This document shows, piece after piece, positions 1 through 12,769 of a stretch of DNA of 64,000 nucleotides. The stretch is from NCBI GenBank assembly GCA_951406725.2, contig OX597817.1:89714001-89778000 (forward strand), read 5' to 3'. Both the position numbers and the translations under genes were made by a program. Each line of letters opens with the position of its first letter. Position 1 is the first letter of the stretch. This DNA is from Octopus vulgaris (taxonomy: Eukaryota). Under the pieces are notes generated by a model, which was not told the DNA's origin, did no database searches, and worked only from the letters and a program-made list of their open reading frames with translations.

Positions 1-503
1 TAATAAAACAATCCGATCTCCCTCTTTTTCCTTTCCGGCCTCTTCTTCTTTCCTAACAATTCCACCAAACTCTCACTCGTAAATTTTTGACCTCTTCTTT
101 TTCTTTTATTTCTCATTCAACTCTTCAAAATTTTCTTTTCTTTTTATTTCTCATTACATCTCTTCAAAATTTTCTTCTGCATAAATGCTTACGCATGGGT
201 GCACCATTGTACTAATTTACTGTAAACAGTAAAAAGACCCCAGTTTAATATCCTCAAAGACTCTTACTTTAAAGTCAGCATCCATCTTACAATAAATCCC
301 CCTCTCTCCCTCTCATTTTCTTTATTCTTAACAATTTTGGACAATTCCCTACTCACAAATATTTTACCCCTTCCTTCACATTTCTTACTTACTGACCAGC
401 TTATTTCTTCAAACATTTGTTTTCTTTTTCATCTTTTCTTTGTTTTTTTACTTTTTATTTTTCTACTGTGTTCTTCCGGCTACGCCACTCATTTCAAATT
501 ATA

Positions 504-897
504 TCTATTTCTTTATTGCCCACATGGGGCTAAACATAGAGAAGACAAACAAGGACAAACAAAGGGATTAAGTCGATTACATTGACTCCAGTGCGTAACA
601 AGTACTTATTTAATCGACCCCGAAAGGATGAAAAGCAAAGTCGACTTCTGCGGAATTTGAACTAAGAACGTAACGGCAAACGAAATACCTATTTCTTTAC
701 TACCCACAAGGGGCTAAACACAGAGAGGACAAACAAGGACAGACAAACGGATTAAGTCGATTATATCGACCTCAGTGCGTAATTGATACTTATTTAATCG
801 ACCCCGAAAGGATGAAAAGCAAAGTCGACCTCTGCGGAATTTGAACTCAGAACGTAGCGGCTGACGAAATACCGCTAAACATTTCGCCCGGCGTGTT
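504..897 (-). mobile_element. Dimeric tRNA-derived SINE carrying a Nin/Deu-like central domain
   Basis: Two ~185-bp tandem units. Each has the reverse complement of B-box-like GAGTTCAAATTCCGC and of (G)CCTTTCATCCTTTCGGGGTCGATTAAATAAGTAC. Same family as 37458-37860 and 59449-59864. Confidence 0.8.
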
Positions 898-1732
898 CGG
901 CAAGTAAACTTCCTTAATGACAATGTGACTTTCATGTAATTAATGTATCTTCAGTCTGATGAATATTTAGCTGCGTATCCTCCGTTGAGTAATTATTGGA
1001 TCTTTTCTGTTTGGTTGCCAATTTTCAGTCTCTTCGATTCCTGCTCGAATTGATTTCATATTCTCTATAATGATGTGGTTTTATATGTTAATCACTTCTT
1101 TGAAATTCATTTTCGCAATAAATCAATAAATAAAGTGTTATCAACTTTTAAAGTGTGCAAATTTTGGGTAATTTTAGCCAATAGTAAGCCAGAGATACAT
1201 CCTTGCCTGTTTCCATAGTAACAAGCCAAGAACGAAAACTCATTTGTCTGCGATAAAGCATGTGTTAACAAGTATTCCCACTCATTCAGGTGGTCGTTAA
1301 ATGTGCTAAAAATAACAGTCAAATAGGCCTTAGATCACGCACCCAAAAGTTTTATGTTTTAGGTTTGGATAATCACATAAATTCCCGTCTGTAGAATACA
1401 AATTCGCAAAAGTTTTCTGAAAATTCCAAAAAATAAATATTTTATCAGGAGTTACATAGCATGCATAAAGCAGAATTTGATTTCTTTAAAGCTGACATGT
1501 GCTGTCATGCACAAAATAACAGCTTCCAAATCTTGTTTTCTGACTGGGTAAAAAAGTTTAAACTTCTATAACTTTTTTACGAAAATTTTCTGGAAAAAGT
1601 GAAATATCTCCTAAAATTCAGCTTGAAAAACTACATTAATGTATCAAATTTGAAAATTTTCAATAAACTGAATTTGGCAGCCAAATATATATATATATAT
1701 ATATATGCGTGTGTGTTGTGAGTGTATACATA

Positions 1733-1938
1733 CAGTAATTCCTCGACTATCACGGTTGTTACGTTCTAAATTCCACCGCGATATGTGAAAATCTGTGAAG
1801 TAGAAACAGTACTGTACTGTATATTTTAAAAAAATATATTTATTCTATCATAAATGCAAAACAACACCACGGAGGAATCAACGTAAGCTTAAATAATAAA
1901 CCGCGATAGATGACCTGCGATAAGGCGAGGGATTACTA
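1733..1938. mobile_element. Tigger/pogo-type MITE
   Basis: Imperfect TIRs cagtaattcctcgactatcacgg and ctgcgataaggcgagggattacta, TA flanks, ~205 bp, non-coding. Confidence 0.75.
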
Positions 1939-1939
1939 T

Positions 1940-2107
1940 ATACATACATACATACATACATTCATACATACATACATACATACATACATACATACATACA
2001 TACATACATACATACATACATACATACACATATACATATACCTTTGTGTATATGCATTTATATATACATATATATACCTACACATGCACATCTAGCTATC
2101 TATCTAC

Positions 2108-2148
<41 letters not shown>

Positions 2149-2184
2149 GATCGATCGATCGATCTATCTATCTATCTATCTATC

Positions 2185-2266
<82 letters not shown>
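1940..2266. repeat. Compound microsatellite (TACA)n / (TATC)n / (GATA)n
   Basis: Directly visible tandem tetranucleotides. Confidence 0.95.
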
Positions 2267-2960
2267 CAATCTCAAGCTATTTTTCTCTTGGTCTCTGAGG
2301 TTATAAAATCTATAAAGAGAAGTAAATGTTCTGTAACAAACAAATGGTACCGGATGCAGCCCTGGCGGTGTTGTCGCATATTGTGGTAAAGGGAGGGAGT
2401 TAATCTCCCACCTACATTTCTCTCTCTGTTTGCCGCAGATATTTGAGATCTTAAGATCAGAAAGAATGTTCAAGAAAGAATAGTCGTTAATCCCAGATGA
2501 CTCTAACGCCGCTTGCTGAAAAAGTTAATTACTAATCAAGCTGCAATATTTATTAGCCTTATTGCCTTCTATTTTCATGTGCGCCGACGAAACATAGATG
2601 GCGCTGTCGGCAATACACGATCTGGCAAATGAGAAAAACTAGTCTGCGGTTAACCCATGTATGAGGGAAGCTCTTTCCTCAGTTTAACTCACTCTTGGAA
2701 ACACCAGGGAAAGGGCTGTGACGCTGTTCTGTCTCCCCTAAGTAAACCATAAAATACCAAATTGGAGCCATCCACATTAGTATTGTTGTTATGTTATGCG
2801 GTGTTCATGTCCTTTTAGGTCCTGTGTTCAAACCCCGCGAAGGTCAAATTTGCTTTACAACCTTCAAGGGTCGATGAAATAGTAAGCGATCCTATGGTGT
2901 TGATTTAATAGCCACGACACATACCATTAGCACTAATATTCATGTGCCTATATTACATAC

Positions 2961-3012
<52 letters not shown>

Positions 3013-3565
3013 GAGTGAGAGAGCAGTTCATGCCATCAAAGTGACACTGGGGTAAAATATACGAAGCCAAATATACCCATCATGACTACCCGTCTGATGA
3101 GGGTACACCAGGCACATGCATCACAACCATATGTGCGCGACATGGTGATCTCATATCAAGATAAACAGCACATGACCTTGCAGGTGGGGCCCAGTTAGAA
3201 TTTTCTTCAAGTTGAGTAGCCCATCCTGCTCAAAAGGTCCCTGATTAAGGGTTGTTTAAGGATGTTGAACGAAACACCCATGTTTCCAGAGGTGAATTAT
3301 TCAAACCCCAAAGAATCCCTCTCAACACATGGCTATGATACTCCCCCACTACTACTGCTCGTGATCAGAGATGCACATATTGTCAGCCACTAAGGGACAT
3401 GCTCAACTGGTTAAGGTCAAACAACTGACAAGCAAATCTGTGGTATTGAGCAGAATATTTGCTGTAGCCCATCTTTTATACCAAGACAAAACAATGTACA
3501 TGATAACACTTCCAATCAGTTAAGATCAGAAGCCACGAGAGCTACTGCCTGATACTGCATCAGGG

Positions 3566-3566
<1 letters not shown>
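3013..3566 (-). mobile_element. Non-coding interspersed repeat embedded in an (ATT)n tract
   Basis: Flanked on both sides by (ATT)n. A homologous partial copy in the opposite orientation at ~55677-56040 also abuts (AAT)n. Confidence 0.7.
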
Positions 3567-3616
<50 letters not shown>

Positions 3617-3696
3617 GTTATTGTTATTGTTGTTGTTGTTGTTGCTGTTGTTGTTGTTGTTATTATTACTATTATTACGATTTTTTAATTTGCAGG

Positions 3697-3866
3697 ATTA
3701 ATATTGCTCTCAAATTTTGGTACAAGGCCGGAAACATCGGGAGAGGGGATTAAGTCGAATACACCGAACCCTAGTATTCTACTGGTACTTATTTTATTGA
3801 TTCCCGAAAGGATGAAAGGTCGACTTCGGTGGCGTTTGAACTCAGAACGTAAGGACAGACGATTTG
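3697..3866 (-). mobile_element. Degenerate monomeric SINE (Nin/Deu-domain family)
   Basis: cccgaaaggatgaaaggtcgacttcggtggcgtttgaactcagaacg matches the family at 504-897. Confidence 0.7.
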
Positions 3867-4249
3867 CATGATTAATATTGTTAACATCTTTTACATCCTC
3901 CTCCTCTTCCTTCTCGTCATCATCATTATCATCATCACCCCCATCACCAGCTCTGCAGTGATTGTCATTATCAGTTTTAATAGTAACTAAATAGGATTGC
4001 ATATATGGTAAAAAGACCACCATATATATACACAACACGCAAACACACACATGCATCCCAAAATATTTATATATTTTTATGTGTATGTGCCAAGTTGTGA
4101 ATACATACATACATACATATGTACACATGCACACATACATATTACTCACAGACACACAGACGCCCATGTGCGCGCTCATGTAGATATATATTTAATTGTA
4201 TCTCTCTATTTATCTCTTTCTCTCTCTTTATTTATATATATGTATCAAT

Positions 4250-4889
4250 CCTGCTAGAAAGAGGAGTTAAAACCACCAATAACACTGAAAAATACAATAG
4301 AGAATCAACAGTAGTCGGGCGACCAGGTTAAAGAATTTTTGACATACCTATATAATTCAATGCGATATGTGTTGGTAATATGGATATACTTGGATCATGA
4401 TTTCTGGTTCTGGCAAAAAGCCTTACCTTCATCAGCAAGTCTTACCGATTGAAAAATTTCGAACTCGTCACGTTGAAGTCTGCCGGCGTTATGAATTATT
4501 TTGCTCCAAAATCAGAACAGCTTCAGTGTAAATATACTAATAAAGAATAAATATTCAGAAGTGAATATTTATATAGATATCATTATTGTTATTATTATCT
4601 GCAGTAATATAAATAGTTGACAATAACAGCAAGAATAATATAGGTGGTTGCAGGCCTTAATTAGCATTAGATAGCTATAGAATTAAAATTTATATCAATC
4701 ATACAGGCGCACAAGGCGCCTACCTGCTAGAAAGAGAAGTTAAAACACTCATTTAAACCACAAATAACACTGAAAAATACGACAGAAAAATCAACAGTAG
4801 CCAGGCAAACGGGTTAAAGAATTTTTAGTATACCTATATAGTTCGATGCTATATATTTTGGTATTTGGATAAATTTGGATTATGATTTA
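4250..4889 (-). mobile_element. PLE terminal-repeat or retrozyme-like partial tandem repeat
   Basis: A ~155-bp direct repeat (4250-4404 vs ~4722-4889) with ~470-bp periodicity. The first unit contains an HHR. The second is cut off by a mariner insertion just at the HHR. Confidence 0.65.
4388..4440 (-). ncRNA. Minimal type-I hammerhead ribozyme
   Basis: Minus strand reads acttg-CTGATGA-a-ggt.aa.ggc.ttttt.gcc.aga.acc-a-GAAA-tcatga-TC-caagt. Stem I acttg/caagt is perfect, stem II is bipartite, and stem III (TCATGA) is palindromic. Confidence 0.75.
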
Positions 4890-5770
4890 TTGGGTCATCC
4901 TATAAATAATGTGGTTTTTTTATACCTCTTTTATTTTTGAAAATTAAGATAAACAAAATTATTTTTTGATCTAAAAAATACTCTCCTTCATTTTCTACAA
5001 TCCTCTTCCATCTATCTGGAAGACTTGCAAGGCTCCTCTTTCAAAATTCACTGCTCTATGGCAAAAAATACTACTCCAGTACTCTTTCTGATCTTGTCTT
5101 TTCATATATTTTTCTGTCCAAATGATTTTGAAGACTGCGGTATAAATGATCATCAGATGATGCAATTCCTGGCGAATATGGTGGGTAGGGCATCATTTCG
5201 AATTCAAACTGCTCCATCCTTTGGAATGTCATCCTCGCTGTATGTGGCCGAGCATTATCCTGATGGAAGAACACCTTTCATCTTGAGATGCAGGTGTCGA
5301 TAAATGACTGAATAACCAAATCCAAGCTTCTCTGCTAGTTCCTCAACAGTTTCGATTGATTTTGTTCTACTAGGGTATGCAGGACATCCTCGTCGAGCTC
5401 TACAAATCTTCTAGGATGGGGCTCGTCTTCTAGGCTATAGTTTCCGACTAGGAATTTTTGGAACCACCGTTGATACTAGCTTATGCTTATTGTCCAATCC
5501 CCATATACTGCATTAACATTCCCCGCGCTTTCCGTTCTGTTGTTGCCTTTATTGAACTCATAACGCAAAATATGTAGAATATGCTCCTTTGCCACTTCCA
5601 ATATAACTTTGAAACAATAACTGTTAAAATCGAACCGCACTCTGGTGCCAAAATTTGAAACTGATACATGATAACAGAATCTCCAGTGTCTATCAAGTCG
5701 ACTTTAGAAACGATGATTAATATATAAATTAACGTGTGACAAAAATTAAAAAAACGTAAGAATTTATTAT
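4890..5770 (-). mobile_element. Decayed mariner (DD34D) transposon
   Basis: ORF 5071-5274 has FHQDNARPHTA...PYPPYSPGIASSDDHLYRSLQNHL. TIR-like ttgggtcatcctataaataatg follows TA at 4888-4889. Confidence 0.85.
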
Positions 5771-5799
5771 AAACAAGATATGGGGTTTAAAAAGAAAGA

Positions 5800-8013
5800 G
5801 AATCCTTGTGGTTTTCGCCACTGTTTACAGTTATCTTTAAAAAGAATTTTAATGTATCACATAGATGTACTTTTTGACACTGAATCCGAATTTGTTATTC
5901 ATTTATTCCAGAAATAATTTGCAAAAATGTTACAGGTGTATTTTCAGAATTTTCAGCCAATCAGAAAACAGCGCCTTTGCTGCCGCTTCTATCATCAGGA
6001 AGAGGGGATTGGCATATCAAAACATTGCTAGAAATAACAGTCAAAACATTAAAATATACATGAATGAAGTTGTAGCAATATCGTCTCTCATTGCTATCTT
6101 CACTGTTTGAGAAGAGTATTAAGAATGACCTCGGTCGAGATTACAAACAGCTTTGGCTAGTTCAACATTGTTGTAAACACTAATTCGATTGGTTGACACG
6201 TTGGTCTCTACTACGCTCGCACCGCTGGTTATAACTTGGCGCAATTTGTCCCCGTTATTTTCGCGCCATAGTTCCAAGCAGCCAATCACAGCTTTCCATT
6301 TCTGAAGTTCACTGGGAGCCTGATGAAGCTTATAAAACAAGGTTTTTCAGAAAAATATTCGTCTTAGGTTTTCAGTCCTTCTCAGGGCGAACCTCTGACC
6401 ACAGAGCTCGTCTTAGGCTTTTAGTTCTTTTAAGAGCTAAGTCTCTGACCACACAGAGCATACTCGACCAAGTTCCAGTTCGAAGGCAGGCGACCACCAG
6501 TAATACAAGATGTTACAGATACCTCTTATAATGTTAGTGTGAAAAATCACCATGAAGAACGGTTACAAGATATCTATAACTAGAGAAAAATAACCAAGCA
6601 GAAAATAATGAAGAAGCAGCAAGAACCAATCGACAAACATCGAAGATTTAATTTGTACACGAGACAACTACAGATTCAACTATAGCGGTTAGGTGAAATT
6701 CTCGCCACGGAAAAAACGGCTACAGTAACATGTCTGGAAGTATATTCATATCAAGAGAAAGATAAACACAACGAGTGATTCAATTAATCTCAACTGCGAC
6801 ATGCAATATCCTGATATGGAACTCTTACAGTGTACCTCATAAACGGTAAATCAATTATCTGTTCTTGGGTTCTAGTTTCTTCTAAGAACTACCTTAAGCC
6901 ATCTGTTATTACCTGTTGCCAGGCCGATACCAACAATACGAACTCTGAGAATCCCATCGTCATTTCACTGGTCAGTACCTTTTTACACCTAACGAACACA
7001 CAGACACAAAAACATGCTAACGCTTACGAACTCTTAGAATCCACATGATTGTAAAATATGTAAAATAAATAATGTATATATCTTAAAAAGAAATCTTGTT
7101 GTCATTCCAAACTTATGTGTATTGCCGCTGCATGTATTATATAGTCAGTAAATAATTTATTAAGAATGGGATCGCGTGCGACTGTCACTTATACGGTACG
7201 ACCAAGCGTGATCCTATTTTTATAAAGTTAACATTAAAACATCCGCGAACAAATTAAATATTTAAAAGCTACAAACAAACAAATCACCAGAAGTTGCTAG
7301 AAATAACAGTCAAAACATTGTTTAAAACAAACATTTATTAGTTTTAAAAAATTCAAGAACGAATGTTTGCAATACACTCTAGTATTTTATGAAATAAACT
7401 AGCTGGCCCCGTACCGTAGAAAATGACGGCTAATCGTAGTATTTTAGAGATGAAACGCTGTTTGATTTTTCTTTTCAGCGCTGAATATTCACCATCCCAC
7501 TTCCATTGCACACACGCACACGCACACATACACACATACATAGACCGCACACGCACACAAATATTCACATACCTACCCTTTTACATACAAACACATATAC
7601 TCACACAGAGTTGAAGCGCTCCCTCTACCAGTTTGCCGTAACCCTTTTCTTCCTTATTCATCTATCACTCCTTCCTTTCCCATTCGTATGCTGTGACGAA
7701 GAAAAACACAAGAATATTATTATAGTAGAAGACTATCTTTCTCGTATCTCTTTCTCCTCCTTGTGCGCCTGCGTAGCATCTTTGGTTACTACAGAAACAC
7801 AGTTTTTTGGCACGTTGATGTGTAAAATACGTGCTTCTGATTGGCTAAGATACCGAAATTTTGCAAATCTTAAAGGCTAATGACTTTTTGATTATGGATT
7901 TATAGGGAAAATTAATTTCATTTTCATAATTAGTATACAAAACTTAATCCATATACCAAAATTGAAAACAATTACAACAAAACTGTAAACAGTGACGAAA
8001 ACCGAAAAGATCC
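5800..8013. mobile_element. Non-autonomous DNA transposon, Merlin-like (G(G/A)...CC termini, 8-bp TSD)
   Basis: TIRs gaatccttgtggttttcgccactgttta and taaacagtgacgaaaaccgaaaagatcc. Exact 8-bp TSD aagaaaga at 5792-5799 and 8014-8021. Confidence 0.7.
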
Positions 8014-8145
8014 AAGAAAGAAAAACATCAGAGCCAGATTAATTACTAGCTCTTCAGTAACTTCAAATATCAAATCATACATATGGAGTAACATTATAGA
8101 TTGAACTGGAAGAAGCTGTTATAATAGATGAAATCTAATATTGCC

Positions 8146-8215
<70 letters not shown>

Positions 8216-8671
8216 ACACACGCTACTACTACTAGTTCTTTTTACCGCCAATATCCTCAGTTAGTGATCTGTCTCTCTGTACCGCTTTACCGAGATCTCT
8301 CCGATTACGGATCCCTTGGATTGCATGCATTCGTTAAGCGTTAACATGATCCACTTGCTCAGGTATTCCAGAAACAGCTTATCTACCATAACTGTTCTGT
8401 GCTTTATTTATACTTTATACTTTATTTGTACCCTTTTCCTATGAAGTAAATATCCTCGAGTAAAAGCCAAAAGCTTTGCTTGTCCGACTTCCATCTATCC
8501 ATCTATATATACCTGCTGAACCAGGTACTGCTTCCAGCCACCTTGGTTAGGCAATTTCAACAGCTCATTCCCATTTGCACTTCAAGCCGAAGTTTTAGTG
8601 GTAAACCGATCTAAACACTCATTCTACATACTTATTAATATACGCTAATAGACGTACACTACTTGCATTTC

Positions 8672-8725
<54 letters not shown>

Positions 8726-8949
8726 TGAAGTATATTTGCCACTTAAATGTGACTAATCCTTAAGGGTGGATGCTACTGTAGCTTGTAGCCCCGGGAGGAC
8801 ACCTCCTCCAGCTGGCTATTGACACACTTTCTGTGCCCTATCAGTATTTCCAAAGGGAAGCCATCCCATATGATTACTCTTCAAGATGGGAATAACAGGT
8901 GGTAGCCGACTACAAGATGCATAGGAACTTTTACGAGCGCATTCATATC

Positions 8950-8950
<1 letters not shown>

Positions 8951-8980
<30 letters not shown>

Positions 8981-9096
8981 TGTATGTATGTATGTATGTA
9001 TGTATGTATGTATGTATGTATGTATGTATGTATGTATGTATGTATGTATGTATGTATGTATGTATGTATGTATGCATGCAAGTATGTATGTGTGTA

Positions 9097-9128
<32 letters not shown>
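8951..9128. repeat. (TATG)n and (TA)n microsatellite
   Basis: Directly visible. Confidence 0.95.
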
Positions 9129-9130
<2 letters not shown>

Positions 9131-9210
9131 ATTTTTTAAGTAAGGGCAAAAGGAAAAAATTTCTAATGACAAAATATGCCGAAAATAGACACAACGTCAA
9201 TAACCATGTA

Positions 9211-9336
9211 ATTTATCACTACAAGCACGCGTTTCGAAGAAAGCCGACGGAAATTTCTAAAAAAATCCCGTTATTACCATATCGGACCCAATTTCAGAGT
9301 TAGTTCATAAGAACCTTCTCTTCATCAGTGATAAAT
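9211..9336 (-). ncRNA. Degenerate type-I hammerhead with a long stem-II loop
   Basis: Minus strand reads atttatca-CTGATGA-a-gagaagg...~70 nt...ctttcttc-GAAA-cgcgtgcttg-TA-g-tgataaat. Stem I is 8 bp. Stem II and stem III are imperfect. Confidence 0.5.
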
Positions 9337-9786
9337 GCGGCAAAGAAATAAGTGAAATACTTACTTATACCCATGGAAGAAGCGAACACTAAGAAATAAT
9401 TGAAGTATGTGTGTATGTATATAAGTATGTATGTATGTATGTATGTATGTATGTATGTATGTATGTATGTATGTATGTATACTGGCCTACCCTACGTTCA
9501 TTTCCACTTGATATGTAAGTAAGCTCGTCACTCTGCGGTTTTACCAACTATATATATTTATCATAAGTTTCCAAGTCTCATTCGCATCAAATTTTTCACC
9601 TTTGTCTGACGAGATAAACATGGATCATATGCAATATTCTGTAATAGTACGCACTCATTTATATTCATGATGCATGTGTACGTTGTATTGTTGAGATAAT
9701 CGTAATGAAAAATATATCATCATACACTCACACACTCACACACTCACACACACACGCTCGCACGCACACAGACACACAGACACACA

Positions 9787-9839
<53 letters not shown>

Positions 9840-10689
9840 TGCTTTGCTAACAGCAAAATGATAGAATATTAAATTTATATTCTCCATTAAAAATGCTATC
9901 TTTAATATATTCACTTTAAATACCAAGAGTCTTTGAAAGAATTGGGAAGTTATTAACTATACCTCTATTTTCTTTTTTTTTTTCTCAGAAAAATGCTTTT
10001 TTATATTACACGCTTTTTAATTGGGTAAATTATTGAAAAAAAGGTTGTTGATTTTTTTTTCAGCGAATGTTTAATATTCTTTAACTAAAAACGTTTATTT
10101 TAAAAAAGATGTTTTATATACTGCGAACTGAATATTTACATTTACTTAAATCACTTCTTCATAAACGACGTTTCTAGTCAAGATTCTTTATCATCATTAT
10201 GATTATTTTGACTGATTTGAAGGAAATTGGCTACTATTTCTAAGTAGACGAGAAGCCACATTAAAGTTCTCGCAGTTGTGAATTTGTGCGTGTATGTAAG
10301 TAATATTAGTGGTAGAGAATTACTTTTATTATAATTTTGTCTGTGAAACATCTTCACCGAAAATTCTTCATACATAAGCGTAAGTCGTAAATGATAGTTT
10401 CAGTGAAATATTTTTATTCACAAAGAACGTTTTCATGACTTTTAAAATTTTACAATTCTTGTAAATCAGCATACATTTAAGTGAAAAATAATATATTTAT
10501 CTCACAAACAGCAACATTCACTGTTTTACTGGTGGAAGTCTAAGGAAAATATTTCACCCATCTGAAATATAAATGCATTCGTTGCCATTTCTTTTCGGTG
10601 GCGTGGAGGGAAAATATCAATTTTTACCTAAAATAAAAGCAAACACTGTGAGGGGGAGGGGTTCATGTGCGGGCGCGCCTTTGTGTCTG

Positions 10690-10890
10690 TAGTTGTCCCC
10701 CACGACCGCTTAACTGGTTTGTTTACCTCTCCATAAATTAGCAGATCGACAAAGGAGGCCGATAGAATGAGTACAAGTCTTTTAAATAAAAAGTAAATAA
10801 GTCCTGGTGTCAGTTCATACGACTATTCTTCAAGTCGCCCCAGCTGGGCCGCAGTCTAATGACTGAAACAAGTAAAAGATAAGAGATAAG
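10690..10890 (+). mobile_element. 3' part of a tRNA-derived CORE-type SINE (octopus OR-like)
   Basis: Ends gcagtctaatgactgaaacaagtaaaagat, as in the full copies at 45511-45946 and 51995-52395. Confidence 0.65.
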
Positions 10891-11194
10891 AGATACCTAA
10901 TCCGCATTTATCAACTCCATATTGTTATCAATGCTTATCACCTTTAATGCCAATCTATTTCTAACAATTTCTCACCAGATGTAAATGGAAAGCTATTTAT
11001 TTCAGAACCAATATACACTTTATACATTGCCTGCAGCTAATATGATCTATTGTGAGTACAAGGTGTATGTCATTATATATGTGCGTGTGTGTGTGTGTGC
11101 GTGTGTGTGTGTGTATTTTTTCTGTATATACATGCGTGCACACACATATATATATATAATTAATTGATGTCTAAATGTAATTATGTGTGTATGT

Positions 11195-11225
<31 letters not shown>

Positions 11226-11317
11226 GGGTGGGTGTGTACCGGTTTGTTACTATATATATCTTTTATTGTCTCCTACTCTCCTTCCACTTTAGAAATACAT
11301 ACATATATACATACCCT

Positions 11318-11370
<53 letters not shown>

Positions 11371-11372
<2 letters not shown>

Positions 11373-11875
11373 ATGGTGGTTGTCTACTCCTTATGCAGAA
11401 TCTGACCACCTCTTGTACTTATACTTTAGATCTACCATGGGTTTTTAAACTAGACAATGTATTGAAAAGACACCCACATAGATTGCATATCTAATTTGAA
11501 CCACCAAGAGCTGCAATTAAGTTCTGATATTTGTGGATCTTAAAAATATCTTTTGAGGCCTCCGTTAGATTTGCAGACCTTATAATATGCACAGCATTGA
11601 AAGGTGTGCACAGATATATAGGACCTTCTCGATCGTAACATCTTTAAATTTCTCTTGAGTCTTGCATGCGTTATCCTAGCCTCTTCAAACACTTTCACTC
11701 CACTCTACACTTTTGTTTGCCATCCAGCTCGATTTAAATAAAGTGACACCTACAGACGCATGGACATCTGTGTTTGGAGTAAAAAAGAACTCCATTTAAT
11801 GTTTAAAATGCGATGAAGGCATTTTTGGTGGACTTGTTCTAACAATTTGAAATGTCTTCCACAAAACGTCTATAT
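11371..11875 (-). mobile_element. RTE-like LINE 3' fragment (ORF2 C-terminus with C2H2-like zinc fingers)
   Basis: Manual translation gives V*SGVKVFEEARITHARLKRNLK, KVCKSNGGLKR..KIHK and ICNLCGCLFNTLSSLKTHGRS. The 3' end runs into a (TG)n/(TATG)n tail. Confidence 0.65.
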
Positions 11876-12401
11876 TAGTAGTTGCCTTGTTTCTACACTG
11901 TCCCTCCTACTTACAATACCATAACACTCACAACCACACCGCACAACATGACGACTAAAGACAGAAGGGAGAAAAAACAGATATTAACAGTGTAACACAC
12001 CCACAATAAACAAATGTGCACATACCTATGATAAGTATAAGAAATAACGATAGATATTGAAAATTTTGAAAAAACTGTATAAAGGGCACGGATACAAATG
12101 ACATACTGAGAACTAGGGTTTTTTCACACCCAGTGCTTCATTTGGTATTTAACCCAAACTGAGACCCTAGCATATGCTATTTGTCTGGCTCTGATTAGAC
12201 TTGGGAACAATAGTAGCTAAAAGGTAATTCCACACTCCTGAAAACCCCGGTGCTCCCATGCCAGGGTCCCACAACCGGAGGTAGTTTCAAGTCATACAAA
12301 GAACACGCAAACACATATACATACATATACATATACATATATATATACACACACACATATATATGTATATATATATATATATATATATACCCATACACAC
12401 A

Positions 12402-12434
<33 letters not shown>

Positions 12435-12514
12435 CACACACACACACACAATAAATTTTGTAGGAAGTGACTTATAACTAAATAATTTATAATGATTTAT
12501 AATAGAAAAAATAT

Positions 12515-12769
12515 TTGCAGCGTGGAAGGTGTTTATAAGCCATTTAAGAAACACACAAAAACCGTGCATAGCAAGGAATTTTGTCAGTGAAGCGGTCGCG
12601 GTCTCAAAGTGACGAAAATATTTTGGTAAATTAAATTTAAATGTTGAAGTGAATCTAACGGTTTTTGTGTGTTTCTTAAATGGCTTATAAACACCTTCCA
12701 CACTGCAATTGTTTTCGTTCCAGCACACGATCTCAGATCAAGCCACTTACTATGCAAGTACATCTCCGC
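12515..12769 (+). mobile_element. Non-coding fold-back element (inverted PLE-like terminal repeat) nested in the Tc1 left TIR
   Basis: Arm 12515-12565 is inverted at 12658-12708, followed by a ~60-nt unpaired tail. HHR-like motif at 12581-12629. Same family as 18820-19140. Confidence 0.75.

Noticed and set aside
2415-2485. Strong-looking splice acceptor ctctctctgtttgccgcag
   Set aside because: All three frames stop within ~45 nt and no partner exon is evident.
3090-3130. CTGATGAG suggesting a hammerhead
   Set aside because: No stem II followed by GAAA. The same applies to ctgatga at ~955 and ~6320 and ctgacga at ~9606.
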